This document shows positions 11,961-26,080 of a stretch of 64,000 nt of DNA, piece by piece (position 1 is the first letter of the stretch; each line of letters starts with the position of its first letter). The translations under genes and the position numbers were made by a program. The notes under the pieces were generated by a model that was not told the DNA's origin, searched no databases, and saw only the letters and a program-made list of their open reading frames with translations. Source of the DNA: the human T2T-CHM13v2.0 reference genome, Homo sapiens; NCBI RefSeq assembly GCF_009914755.1, contig NC_060931.1; one strand, given 5' to 3'.

Positions 11961-12850
11961 TAGTTAATTCTCTGCAAGATATTTTGTATCAATTTGTCTG
12001 GATTTAGGAAAACAAAAACAAAACATAAACAATTTGATGATGTTTCCATTTTGTCAGATTTCAAAAATATAATGAGCATATTCCAACAATGATTCAAGGA
12101 TAATAACCAATTACTTTTGTCTAAGAAATATTGCTGTCTCATTTATACTTGAATTAATTGTTGAGAACATGGACTGATTTCAGTCAGATGCAATTCTTAC
12201 ATTTACCAATAATTGTTAAAATATTAAAATCAAATACTACTGAAAAGGTAAAATAACTCATTGAAACCTGTAAAAGAGAGATGTGAATTCAGAGACCCCA
12301 GTCTCCTTGAGAGAGTGTTCATAAAGTGCCAACTAACTGAACACATTTAATTCCTATTTCTACTTTCTCACAACCTGGAAAAGAAAAGCTTCTGTTGAGC
12401 CTACATTTTATTTTTTTAATTGCTATTTACACTCAATATTTTAATACTGTTTTATTTCAAGGGAAACATTCAAATTGTCATATTATTTTCTTAATTGCTT
12501 TCTTTGTAATAGGTGTTAATTTTTATTTTAACCTATTCTATCCCTTGTTTGGCAGTGTAAATTGGCATGTTTGTATAATGCCAGATTTTCTTAAAGCCTG
12601 GGAATATTGTTATGTATATCACTTAAAAATAGTAAAAATATGTATTAGTGGCCCTGTAATATAGTGAGAAAATATGAAAATAACGACAAAATACCTGGGG
12701 TTCTAATACGAATATCTGTCATGTCTAGTTTTACAACTGTGATGAAGACACCAGTTCCCTAATCCATAGTTTTATCATCTGTAAAATGATAGAATTCTAT
12801 TTAATCAGTGCTTTGCAATCATTATTTACCCAGCATTTTTCTTAAGTATC

Positions 12851-13513
12851 TAACTGTCAACTAATGAATGACAAGGTTCATAAACTTGGAAAGGAGAGCT
12901 TTATTTCTAATAAAGCATTGCAGCCTGAATAATGGCCATTGTAACAGGCTGGGAAATGTCGCCTCTGGCCAGAAGACTGAAGAGGCAAAGTGAACAGAAA
13001 TTTATGCTGAGCAGGGTGGCTGAATATATATATTTAATAAGCTGTAGGAACAGTCATGAATATTCATAAAAGGAGAAACATGTGCATACTCAGTTGAGCT
13101 CCATGCCCCTTCATGGTTTCCATGTTCAAAAAAGGGAAGAGTTAGCATGATCTGAGGGTAGAGTTTTTGGCCTCTGACATTAAAAGGTGAGGCAGAGGAC
13201 ATGAAAACCTTTACTGTTACTAGGCTGGCCAGAGCCACTCTCTGTTCAGTAGTCTTTTAAGGCAAAAAAAGAAGGTTGGCTTCTGGGGTTGGTTAATATC
13301 AATGATAGAGTCTTTTAAAAGGACTGGTTTCTGTTTAGCCCTTACGGAAGAAAACCCAATGGCAGTTAGTGAGAAAGGAAATATTATGAGGTATGTCTAA
13401 ACTCTCATCCTATCATTGCCAATAACTGTTTTCAAGGTTACTCTGGGGACCCCTTGGCCAAGATGGGGTCTATTCAGTCAGTTGGGGGCTTGGGATTTCA
13501 TGTTTATTTCTCA
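12851..13513 (-). mobile_element. ERV1 (MER4-group) solo LTR
   Basis: reverse complement starts tgagaaataaacatgaaatcccaagcccccaactgactgaatagacccc; antisense polyA-signal region ctttattt near 12900; possible 4-bp TSD TATC; subfamily not certain. Confidence 0.75.
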
Positions 13514-14244
13514 TATCCAAATAATTTGTTGCGGATCATATTACATGTTGGAATTATTGTAACCTTGAAAAAAGGGGACATTTCTACATTTCTCATTTAA
13601 CAAGCAGTTCAATTTAATTAAATTGATTTTATAAATGTAGCAAGCATATGTGTTTTGTTTGGGGACCAAAAATTTCTTAAAATATACATTGAAATATAAC
13701 TATATGTCAAGCTCAGGATGCTCCTTTTTGCAGCAAGGCCATATCTCCAATCAGAAACTTCCCTAACACAAATACAATCAGTTTTGTACTCTCTGAATCT
13801 TCCCAAATTACTCATACATATATAACGTGGAAAGGGAGCGGTTTCTTCTCCTGGAGCACAAACCAATCCCACCTTAAGGTTGACAAGAATTAAGGGAGAA
13901 AATGTATTGATTAGCTTCCATTTGCATGTTTCCTCATGAGAGATTTTTTTATACCTGCATTGTGTGCATTTTGAGGTGTTTTTACCTTAATTTGGCTTAA
14001 CACTTCCCCAGGTAAGTATTCTTGACATTGCAGACTAGATTGAGTCAACCAATGTTATGATCTTAGAGAATCCTGTACTTTCCATTTGCCGCACTTGTTA
14101 GAATTTATAAATTTATAACTGCATGTTTGTAAACTATTTGAAAAAGTTTGTCTTCCTTACTCAGTCATAAAATCTAAACAGCAACACCATGTCTACTTTG
14201 TCTAAAATGTTGGATACTGGCATAGTCTCCTGCTTGTAAGTACA

Positions 14245-15020
14245 TGTTGATGCATGAGGATGTAGAGCAACAGGAACTCTTCATGCATTGCTGGTACAAG
14301 TGTAAAATGGTGCAGTCACTCTGGAAAGCAGTTTGGAAGTTTCTCAGTTAAAAATGAAAAACTCTATTATAAATGAATGGGCATAGCTGCTTTATTTGTA
14401 ATAACTTAAGTCCAAAAATAACCACAATGTCTTTCAACTGGGTGAGTAAACTCTGATACGTCTATAGAGCAGAATACTGTTCAGCAACAAAAGGAAATGA
14501 ACTTTTGATCCATGTAGCAACTTGACCTGATCTCAAAAAACATACAGTTGATTGAAACAAGCAAACAAACAAAAAACAGGCCCAAAAAGAAAAAAAAAAC
14601 TTAAAAATGGTTACATACTACAAGATTACATTAATATCATCTTCTTAAAGTGACAAAACTAGGGATAGAGAACAAATAAGTGGTTCCCAGGGCGCTTAGG
14701 ATTGGAGAAACACATTATTAAGAGGCAACACAACATAGTTTCTTTGTAGTGTTGGAATAGTCCCATGTCCTGATTGTAGTGATGTTTAATCAATACATGT
14801 AATGATATGTTATAGAAATATACACCACAAGAAAGAGTGCATGTAAAATCCAAATAATGCCTGTATTTGAATTAATTAATTAATGTCAATTTTCTATTTA
14901 TGGCAATAGATTATGGATTATGAAAAAAGATATTTTCATTATGGAAAGCTGGGTTAAGAGGAAGAGAAACTTTCCTATTTTAAAAACTTCTTAAAATTTA
15001 ATTCATTTCAAAATAAAAAC
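14245..15020 (+). mobile_element. L1M (L1MC/MD-like) 3' end
   Basis: gaggatgtagagcaacaggaactc...gtaaaatggtgcagtcactctggaaagcagtttgg is L1 ORF2 end, followed by L1M 3' UTR. Confidence 0.75.
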
Positions 15021-15108
15021 ATGTGTTAAGTGAGTTCATAAATGAACAGAGCAACATCCCTCACATTGTCTCAACTAAGGTGTACTCATGCAAATTGGAA
15101 TCGGATGG

Positions 15109-15484
15109 TGTATTAGTCCATTTTCACACTGCTATACAACCCAAGACTGGGTAACTTATAAAGGAAAGAGGTTTCATTGACTACCAATTCTGTGTGGCTG
15201 GGGAGGCCTCAGGAAATACACAATCATGGTAGAAGCCAAAGGGGAAGCAAGCTTGGACCTCACATGGCAGCAGGAGAGAGAAGAGTAAGGAGCGAAGGCA
15301 TAAGAACCCCTTATAAAACTGTCAGATCTTATGAGAACTCACTCACTATCATGAGAACAGCATGGGGGAAACCACCCCCTTGATCCAACCATCTCTTACC
15401 AGGTATCTCCCTAAACATGTGGAGATTATGGTGATTACAATTCGAGATGATATTTGGGTGAGGACACAAAGCCTAACCATATCA
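15109..15484 (-). mobile_element. THE1D/MSTA-type MaLR solo LTR
   Basis: tgtattagtccattttcacactgctata...aaccatatca; imperfect 5-bp TSD GATGG/GATAG. Confidence 0.92.
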
Positions 15485-17947
15485 GATAGACAGTCTGGAA
15501 ATACAAAGTCTTACGTGCGTGTATTTCTTCAGCTTATTTAAGATATAAGCAATTGTTTTATTTCTAATTATTCTCATTTGTTTGCCTATTGTTAAGCTAG
15601 TGCCAACTCTAGACCAAACCCTTTGGCTTCTTGTCCCATTTTTGTTACTGTGCAATCAAATGTTAATATCCAGTCATTGACTATTTACTTCAGCTCCATT
15701 TTGATTCCTAAAAAAGCAATATAATTTCACATCTGAATTGGAGTTATTTCTAACCTTTGGTCTGAATCTCTTCTCCCTACAGCCACTAAACAAAACTCAG
15801 CTAAAATTAGTGGAAATTTTATTAAAATACTTTACTCAGTTTTGAGCACATGACGCCACGTTTACCTTGGAGTCGATGCTTTGGTTTCTGTTATCTCATA
15901 AAGTGTTATTTCAAAGAGTTTCACTTTTCAATCAAGGATACTTTCTGAAAGTGCAGAAACTCCAAAATTTAGCAGTACTATTTAGGTGTACCCTAAATTC
16001 AGCTTTCCTATAATAAATTATAAGTTGATACTGTTAGCTTCAAAAGGAATGTATGACAACGCAAAACTTAAATTATTCAAGGAAAAGGAGAAAGTCATTT
16101 TTCTTTTGTCTTTGCTTTGTTTTGCTACAAGTGAATTACGGAATTCCACCATAGAAAAGTCTCTAAAATTATTCTCTAAATCTGACACAGATTATTTTTT
16201 CACAAATGTGCTCCTAATATCAAATCCTTGTATAAGACCTGAAACAGCACCAATAAATTAATACCATTTCAATTTCAATAAAAATTTTTATTGTTTCAGT
16301 TCAGAAAATCCCCTATAAAATCCTATTGTACTATGATTTTAATTATGTGTCGTGTAAAGTGGCACATGCAACATGAACAGTGTTATTATTCCTGAATTCT
16401 TCATTTCTCTGAGCAAGCAGTTCTATGAAGGAAATGAAAGAACAGAAATCAAAGAGATAACAAAATACCACAGACTGGGTAATTTTTTAAAAAGCAGAAT
16501 TTATTAGTGTACAGTTCTAGAGGTTGGCAAGTCTATGGTCAATGTGCCAGCATGTGATCAGGGCCTTCTTGCTGTGTTATCCCATGACAGAAGGTGGAAG
16601 GGCATGCAAGAGCTACTGAGAGAATGGAGAGAGATATGAGAAGAGACCTGGATTTGTCTGTTTAAAAGAAATCCACTTCCGTGATAACAAATACACTCCT
16701 GCAATATTAGCATTAATCTATTTATTAAAGCAGAGCCCTCATGGTCTGGTAATCTCTCCTTAGGCCCCACCTCCTCACACTATTGAACTGCGGATTAATT
16801 TTCCAACACATGCTTTCTTCGGAGGGGCACATTTAAATCATAGCATTCTATCCACAGCTACACAATTCAAGTCTTTTTTATATGCAAAATATATTCATTC
16901 CATTCTAATAGCCCCAAAATCTTAATTTGTTTCAGGACCTTAACAAATTCCAGAACCAATTCAAAATTCCAGAGTCTTATCATCAGATATGGATGAGACT
17001 CAGGCAGGATTTATCATGAGGTTAATTTCCCTCCTGCTGTGAGGCTGTGAAATTAAATAAGCTACCTACTTCCAAAAGGGAGGGATAGGGAAAAAGAAAG
17101 GAGTTAACAACTTCCAAGTAAGTCCAAAAGACAACATGATCAACAATATTAAATCTTAATGCTCCAGAATAATATTTGACTCCCTGTGTCACCTTCAGAA
17201 TATACTGGGATAGGGTTTGGAACCCCAAAGCCTCAGGCAGCTCCATTCCTATGGTTTTGCTGAAGTCAGCTCACACAGCAACTCCCACAGTTTGGAGTCT
17301 TGTGCCTGCAGCACTTCTGGGCTGAAGCTACATGTTAATGACTCTACAGTACTCGGGTCTCAGGGGTGCTCCACCATCAAGGTCTCATTAGGTATTGTCC
17401 TACTGGGAACTCTTCTCCACTCCTACAATAGGTATCTACAGCTTCCTTTAAAATCTTGCTGGAGACAGCTACACCTCCACAGGTCATGCACTCTGCACAT
17501 CTGCACAGTCAGCACTACGATGTTGATTTATATCAAAGTTTATAGCCTATACTTTCCAGAGTAGTAGCTGTAGTGGTGGCTGGAAGCATACCTAGGGCCA
17601 CGTAGCTAGAAATGAAGAGGCCAAGGAGTCCTGTGCTAAAATGCAGGGAGAGGAAACTTGAGACATCACAGAGCACTGAATCATGAGGTCTAGTGGATGC
17701 CTCTCTAGAAACCTTGTCCTCAAAGTCCTAGATTGGAGGGGTAGCCTTGAAGATTTCTGAAATGCCTTTGGGGTCATTCTTCCATTGTCCTGAAGAATTT
17801 CACCTGGCTTCCTTCTATCCATGCTAATCTTATCAAACAGTTGCTTGGCCACATCCTTGCACACTTTTCCATTCTTTACATGGCCAGGCTGTGAATTCTT
17901 CAAATCTTTACATTCTGCTTCGCTTTTAATTATAAATTCCATCTTTA

Positions 17948-18555
<608 letters not shown>

Positions 18556-19368
18556 AGAAATTTATTCTGCCAGATATCCTAGTTCATTGGTCTTAAAATA
18601 TGTCTTCCATAAAGCCCTAAGACATAAATACAATTCTGCCAAGTTCTTTACAACTTTATGACATGGATGGCCTTTAACTCCTGTTTCCAATAAAATATTT
18701 CTCATTTTCATCTGGGACCTCATGAGAATGGCCTTTACTTGCCATATTTTTACTAACATTTCGTTCCTGACTACTTACATCATCTCGAAGAAAGTGTGCG
18801 CTTTCTCTGCAGTTCTCATCTGAGCCCTCTCCAGAATTCCCATCAATAGATGTTTTTCTAGTCTGCTTCTCCAAACTCTTTCAGCCTTTGCCATTACTCA
18901 GTTCCTAAGCTACTTCCACCTTTTTAGACATTTGTTACAGCAACACCCCACATTACTGGTACCAGCTTTCTGTATCAGTCCATTTTATGCTGCTATAACA
19001 GAATATCACAGACTGGGTAATTTATAAAGAACAGAAATTTATTGGCTTGTGGTTCTGAAGGCTGGAATACCCATGATCAAGGTGTTAGCATCTTGTGAGA
19101 GCCTTCTTGCTGTCATCCATGGCAGAAGGGAGAAGAGCAAGCAAGGGAGAGAGTATGAGAAAGCCAAACTTGCTCTTTTATAAAGAACCCACTCTCACAA
19201 TTAACAAACCAACTCCTGAAATTATGACATTAATCCAATAAGGGCAGAGCCCTCCTTGCCTAATCACCTCTCCTTAGACTCCAGCTCCCAACACTGCTAC
19301 ACTGGGGATTAAGTTTCCAACACATATGCTTTGGGAGACTCATTCACACCATAGCAATTATTTTCCAT

Positions 19369-20484
19369 TGTTGTGGGATGTCAGGGACCCGGAACAGAGG
19401 GACTGGCTGGAGCCACTGCAGAGGAACATAAATTGTGAAGATTTCATGGACATTTATCAGTTCCCAAAATTAATACTTTTATAATTTCTTACACCTGTCT
19501 TTACTGCAATCTCTGAACATAAATTGTGAAGATTTCGTGGACATTTATCAGTTCCCAGATAATACTCTTATAATTTCTTCTGCCTATCTTTACTTTAATC
19601 TCTTAATCCTGTTATCTTCCTAAGCTGAGAATGTATGTCACCTCAGGACCACTATTGTACAAATTGATTGTAAAACTTGTGTGTTTGAACAATATGAAAT
19701 CAGTGCACCTTGAAAAGAACAAAATAACAGTGATTTTCAGGGAACAAGGGAAGACAACCATAAGATCTGACTGCCTGCGGGGTCGGGCAGAATAGACCCA
19801 TATTTTTCTTCTTGCAGAGAGCCTTTAAACGGATGTGCAAATAGGGAAGATATCACTGAATTCTTTTCCTAGCAAGGAATATTAATAATTAAGACCCTGG
19901 GAAAGGAATGCATTCCTGGGGGGAGATCTATAAATGGCGGCTCTGGGAGTGTCTGTCTTATACGGTTGAGATAAGGACTGAAATACGCCCTGGTCTCCTG
20001 CAGTACCCTCAGGCTTATTAGGGTCGGGAAGAAATCCCACCCTGGTAAATTTGAACCAGTTCTCTGCTCTCAAACCCTGTTTTCTGTTGTTTAATATGTT
20101 TATCGAGACAATACGTGCACAGCTGAACATAGACCCTCATCAGTAATTCTAATTTTGCTCTTTGCCTTGTGATCTTTGCTCTTGTCCTTGCCCTGTGTCC
20201 TCAGAAGCATGTGATCTTTGTTCTCCCTTTTGCCCTTTGAAGCATGTGATCTTTGTGACCTACTCCCTGTTCATACACCCCCTCCCCTTTTGAAGTCCTT
20301 AATAAAAACCTGCTGATTTTGTGGCTCAGGTGGGCATCATGGTCCTACTGATATGTGATGTCACCCCCGGAGACCCAGCTGTAAAATTCCTCTCTTTGTA
20401 CTCTTTCTCTTTATTTCTCAGCTGGCTGACACTTTGGGAAAATAGAAAGAACCTACGTTGAAATATTGGCGGGTTCCCCCAATA
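19369..20484 (+). mobile_element. MER11 solo LTR (ERVK/HML-8)
   Basis: tgttgtggga(t)gtcagggacc start; duplicated gaacataaattgtgaagatttc...catttatcagttccc block; TATAAA at 19929, AATAAA at 20301; 6-bp TSD TTCCAT at 19363-19368 and 20485-20490. Confidence 0.93.
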
Positions 20485-22069
20485 TTCCATTACCTTTGTT
20501 CACTCACTTATTCGTTCACTTTAGCAGTCCCTGGGTGCCTATTATGTGTCTTGTCCTCTCCGAGACACCAATAATACAACAGAGAATGAGATGAATGAAG
20601 TCTTCTTTCTCATAATGTTTTCATTCAAGTATTCACTTGTTTTGTTTCTAGCTGGGCTGGAATTTTGCATTTTAATCTACCTTCCTTGTTTATTATCAAA
20701 AGTTTCTCTGTAAAAGCATATCTTTGCATGCATGGAATTTAAAGATTACTGGTAAAGGAATTTGCCTTGTTGGGAAAGTGCTTTTTTCAACAATAGGAAT
20801 TTGGCACCCTATATTGTCATTAGGGTGCCAGAAATGTAGACTAATTTTCCAAGAGACCAAAGACTCTTAAAATAGATCTTTATGTAATAATTAAAATTAA
20901 TTAGAGAGGTATTGTCACTAAGTACACAATATTTTTTAAACCAAAGTAGGTGGTTAAAACCAGAAATGTGTTCTTTTAGAAGTGAATAGTAACTGAGATT
21001 GTATAAAGATTTTAATAATGAACTATTGCTTGTGTGTCTATGTATAAACATTATTTAATACACATTCTTGTTGCGATATTTTAAACACACATCTCTGTGA
21101 CTACTATACTTTTGGGGGGATCCAAAGTTAATAATTTTAAGACAAAATGTTATACTTTTATTTAGTTAAATTTATAATGATCATCTCCCTTGAAATTTCC
21201 TGATTTCATGTCATGGTTTTGGATTCTGCTTAGTGAACTGAATGGCCAAACATTGGAAAGTCATTTTAAAATATCTATTTCTGTGCTGAAGCACAGAAAG
21301 TATTTCAGAGTAACACCTGGAGAAGCCTAGATCTGTGAAGAATGAGACTCAAGATTAGTCACAGAATAAGAATTATTCTTTAATCCCCCAAAGAAAGTTG
21401 AGTAACATTGATAAAATATCATGGGGAACTTTGCATTTCCAATGCATCTTTGCCACTTTGAACTTTATAGAATAAAATGTTTTAACTTTCCATAGCTTTC
21501 ATGTTTAAGCCTAATTGAAAAAATTTCAGAGGGATCAAAAATGTAATTCATTAACTGTGCTCTAGGGTGCTAGTTAAAACTCCGTGTGAATGTGAAGTGT
21601 TCTTACAACCTACTCTTAAGCTAATCCTGGACTCTATCCTGCTTCAGGCAAGTCATCTTCCTATATGGCAATAGTGATAGAATAAGATGCCGCAGCATAT
21701 CCACGATTCTCTGGTTTCCTTCTTCTCCATCATCAAATATTTAGAGCACGTCTAGAATACTTTCACTTCATACAAAAATCTCCACCAGACCATTTCTAAA
21801 AAAAAATCACCCACAACCCCTGAAGAAATTCGCTTGTTATGAGTTCAGAAAAGAGATGCAACCTATTACAGTTATAATAATAATTCTAATTATAAACAAA
21901 AGTGTTCTTTATATTTTGAAGAAACATCAACTCTATTGTTGATGTTACTGTTTTAATGCTGACTTCTAAAATAACTCCCAATAAATTTATGTTTTCTTAC
22001 ACATGAAACCCTTTCAAACATTTGGATGTAGTTGTTATAACTTTCTAAGTAATTTGTTCTCTGGGCTAG

Positions 22070-22325
22070 GGGACTTAAGAGTAGGAGCTCTGGTAACAGA
22101 CAACCAAGTATGAATTCTGCCTCCAGACCTTATTAGCTGTGTGATCTTAGGCAAGAAACTCTGTGCACTCCAATTTTCTCATATATAAAATAAGATATTA
22201 TATCTATCTAAATGAATTGTCATGGGATTAATTTAATTCACATACATATGCATACATATGTACAACTAGTCTTCAAAAAGTGTATCCACATAGTACATAC
22301 TTAATTGTTAGTTATTATTAATAGT
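22070..22325 (+). mobile_element. MIR
   Basis: ttaagagtaggagctctgg...gaattctgcctc...tagctgtgtgatcttaggcaag...ttttctcat. Confidence 0.7.
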
Positions 22326-22721
22326 AGTATTATTCTAGAAACATACTTCCATTAATTCAGAGAATTGTCCTATATGTTTTGCTAGCCACATCATACTGTC
22401 TCATGTTATATCTGTGGTTAACCATATGAAGTTGAGGGCCAAGCAAAATCTTGTTTATTCTGTGCAGTTAAATTTGGGACTCTGAATTCAGGACTTTGTA
22501 TTATTTTTATTTAATCTTGTTATTTTAAACTCAATAGCCTTTTAGTAATATCTTTTTAAATCTGATTCGATTTTTATTTCCGTCTTTTTAAATTATTCCT
22601 TAGCCTTTTAGTAATGTCTTTTTAAATCTGACTCTAGGTTTCAACTGGTTCCAGATTTCTTTGTCTGATGTATATTTAATAAACAGACTATGTTTTATTT
22701 TCCTTATTTTAAAGCAAATAT

Positions 22722-22935
22722 CAGCAAATATGGCCAAGGAGAGTGAGAAAGTAAATATTTTAAACTCTGTGGGCCATATAGCCTCTGTTGCATCTTCTTA
22801 AATGTGTCGCTGTAGAGGTGAGGGAATTATGGACTATATGTAAATGTTTGAGTATATCTGGGTTACATCAAAATCTACAAAGACAGCTGGGATCAGATTT
22901 GGTCCCTGAATCATAGTTCACTGCACCCGTTCTAG
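22722..22935. mobile_element. MER58A-like hAT DNA transposon relic
   Basis: gtaaatattttaaactctgtgggccatatagcctctgttgca...cagatttggtcc...catagtt. Confidence 0.65.
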
Positions 22936-23928
22936 AGTCCTCCTTACACCAAGTTGACCATATGGAAAGTACTGCCAAAGGAAGGTGGTACATCAGCTGA
23001 TTCCAGTAGCTGTCACTTAAATTGCAAAGATCTGGACACACATCATTTAGTTAATTTTTGTTCATAGTAAAAGAGATTAAATTCTGACCTCTCAAGCAGA
23101 GGAAATAACAAATAGAAAAGTTTATTTCTTGTGAATTAGGAAATTTAAAGAAGCCAGAAATAGCTTAAGAGAGTTGTCTGAAATTGATGTGTGAAAAACT
23201 GCATAGGGAATTTAAAAATAAGTTATCAGGGTAAACTAAACCATTAATTCTAATTTGTGTTTTTAACAATCAGATTTAGAAACACATATGTGTGTATGAC
23301 CTGTGTTTCTAGAAAGGGAAGGAAGAAAAAAGTTCCTTAGTCTATAAAGATGTTTTTGCCGTCATTTATTCCTTAGTTTCTACACTAAGTAGATGTAAAA
23401 GGTAACTAAATCCTAAATACAGGTATTGAAGAGACCAGTGTTTGTTAGATTCCCTAATCTAAAGGTTGTAAACCACTAAAAATCTATAAATTATTCTGTT
23501 TTCTTTTCTTTTTTCTATCTGTCACAGCAGTGTTCTACCAAAATACATGCAAGAAAAATGTGTTGCTTATTTTTTGACCTATAAAAAGGAAAAAAATGAA
23601 CAATTTTGATTCTTTTAACCAGCATTTCAAATTATATGGAGGTTTACAAAAATAAATATTTTGTACATTCCAGTAAATTTTTGTTTCAAGTTTCTATAAA
23701 AGCATACCGCAAATCTCAGTAGCTATTAAGAAAGTACTTCTGCTTTCTATTTCAGATTGTGTGGTATTCTCTTTTATCGAAATATGTGTATGGCCTTAAA
23801 AATACTTCTAGACACGTATTAATGAGTAGAAAAAAATTACTTCCTATTTAGAGCTATAAAAATGAGTGATTATTTCTCTATTTTCTAGTGTGCAGTTGTA
23901 ATTATCTTGTAACTTTGAAAACATTTTA

Positions 23929-24402
23929 TGTGCAGCACCCTCTAAAGGATGCCCATGTGCTAATCCATGAACCTGTAAATACGTTAACTTACATGGCAAA
24001 AAAAAGAAAAAAGAAAAAAAAAGACTTTACAGATGTGATTATTTAAATTAAGGGTCTTGAAATGAGGAGATTATCCCGGATTATCAGGAGGGGCCCTAAA
24101 TGTGATCCTCAAATGCATATTTATAAGAGAGAGGCAGGGGGAGATTTCACTATACATAAGAGGAGAAAACAATGCCTCCATGGAAGCAGCAATTAGGATG
24201 ATGCAGCCACGTTCAAAAGATGTGGAAAAGATGAGAAATACATTCTTCCCTAGAACCTCCAGAGGGAGCTGGAATCTGCCAATATCTTCATTTCAGTCTA
24301 GTGACACTGATTTTGGACGCCTGGCCTCCAGAATAAATTATTGTTATTTTATGCTACCAAATTAATGACAATTTGTTGTAGCAACCACGTAAAACTAATA
24401 CA
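23929..24402 (+). mobile_element. MLT1B/C/D-type MaLR LTR
   Basis: ctaatccatgaacctgtaaatacgttaacttacatggcaaa...gactttacagatgtgatt...aaactaataca. Confidence 0.85.
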
Positions 24403-24537
24403 AAGAGTCATTGAGTTTAGATTCATATTGAACACTGTATAATTGGTCTAGATGGCATAAAAGGAATCTAAAAATATGTTTGCTATCTTTGATATATTTA
24501 GAATCTTATACAATATACAGAGGTATTATTGGGCAGG

Positions 24538-24725
24538 TGATATGGTTTGGCTTTGTGTCCCCAACCAAATTTCATGTCGGATTGTAATCCTCAATGTTGG
24601 TTGGAGGAGGGTCCTTTTAGAAGGTGATTGGATCATGCAAGTGAACTTGCTGTTCTGTAATAGTGAGTGAGTCCTCATGAAATCTAGTTGTTTAAAAGTG
24701 TGTACCACCTCCCCCTTTACTTGCC

Positions 24726-24772
<47 letters not shown>

Positions 24773-25010
24773 CCCTCCCCCCCCACCTCCTGCTGCAGTC
24801 ATGTAGGATGTCCTGGCTTCCCCTTGACCTTCCAACATAATTGTAAGTTCCCCAGCCATGCTTCCTGTACAGCCTGTGGAACTGTAAACTAATTGGTACC
24901 AGAGAAGTGGAGCATTGATATAAATATACCTGAAAATATGGAAGCAGCTTTGGGACTGGGTAGTAGGCAGAGGTTGAAACAGTTTGGAGGATTCAGAAGA
25001 AGACAAGAAG
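24538..25010 (+). mobile_element. MSTA/MSTB LTR with (CT)n tract, fused to start of MST internal region
   Basis: tgatatggtttggctttgtgtcccca start; from ~24890 aattggtaccagagaagtgg...ggcagaggttgaaacagtttggagg. Confidence 0.88.
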
Positions 25011-25549
25011 TGATTAATGGTGTTCTATATCTCCTAATAACTTTCTCTTCCACATTCATTCTAAAGGAACATTTTATGCACCTGAAATTTGCATTTTTCT
25101 CTACTTGGTGAGCAGTTATGACTACATATCTTTCAACATTAACATTGAATCATTTTCAAATGTTCATATCAGAGTTCTTATATTAAAAAATAAAATCTCA
25201 ATTTTTTTTCTTGCCCAACAAGTTAGAAACCCTAGGTTCAGCTTCTCTGTATAAATTTCCCACTTTGGATTTAGTCTACTTTGTGTACTATAATGCAGCC
25301 AGTTTTTATTCTCTGAGCCATTCAGCCTTTATTTCTAACCTCTTTTTTTCCATATGTTAGACATATTAAATGTTCTTCCATAAGAATGATACAATAGTCT
25401 TTTCCCTGTATTATAAAAGTCCCACATTTGTGTCTCTGCTTTTATATATATTCTCTGCTGCTATATATATATATAAAATATATATTTTATATTTTACATA
25501 TGTTAACATACATATATATACGTATGCTATACGTAACAAGCATGATTGT

Positions 25550-26080
25550 TTTTATTAGCAAGTCAGATCAAATCGCTTTTCTGATCAATGCCCTCCAATG
25601 GCTTCTCATCTCACTCAGAGTGAGAAGCAGTTGGATCATGGGACCAATATGATCTGAATCTTGGCTCATTCCCTTCTACTCTCTAACCCTTTCTTTCTCT
25701 CCAAAACCACTGGAACTGTGGGATATTTTAGGCACTCCCCTTCTTGCCCCATTATTCCCTTTCCCTGGAAAGTTCTTACCCTCAGTGTCTGAATCTAAGA
25801 GTATGTTCAAATACCATCATCGGGGAAGGCACTCTGGACCAAGATTTCTAGAACAGTAGCACCTCTCATTCTGTCTTCTAACCCTGCTATTTCGTTCTTC
25901 TCAAAAACCAACCTATTCCATGTTTGTTATTTTGCCTCCCTCCATTAGAATTTAAGCTTGATAAGAGCAAGGGTTTTGTGTTTGTTTCCTTCTTTACTTC
26001 TAGTGCCTGGAGGAATGACTGGCACATGATAGGCATCGGTATACACTGAAGGAATGAATAAAGGAATAATGAATGAATTA
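25550..26080 (+). mobile_element. L2 3' fragment
   Basis: aagtcagatca...ccctccaatggcttctcatctcactcagagt; ends tagtgcctgg...ggcacat...gaatgaataaa. Confidence 0.7.

Noticed and set aside
19425-19590. ~90-bp internal duplication as a novel repeat
   Set aside because: Intrinsic feature of MER11 LTRs
21659-21669. CArG box-like cctatatgg
   Set aside because: Only five A/T between CC and GG; does not fit CC(A/T)6GG
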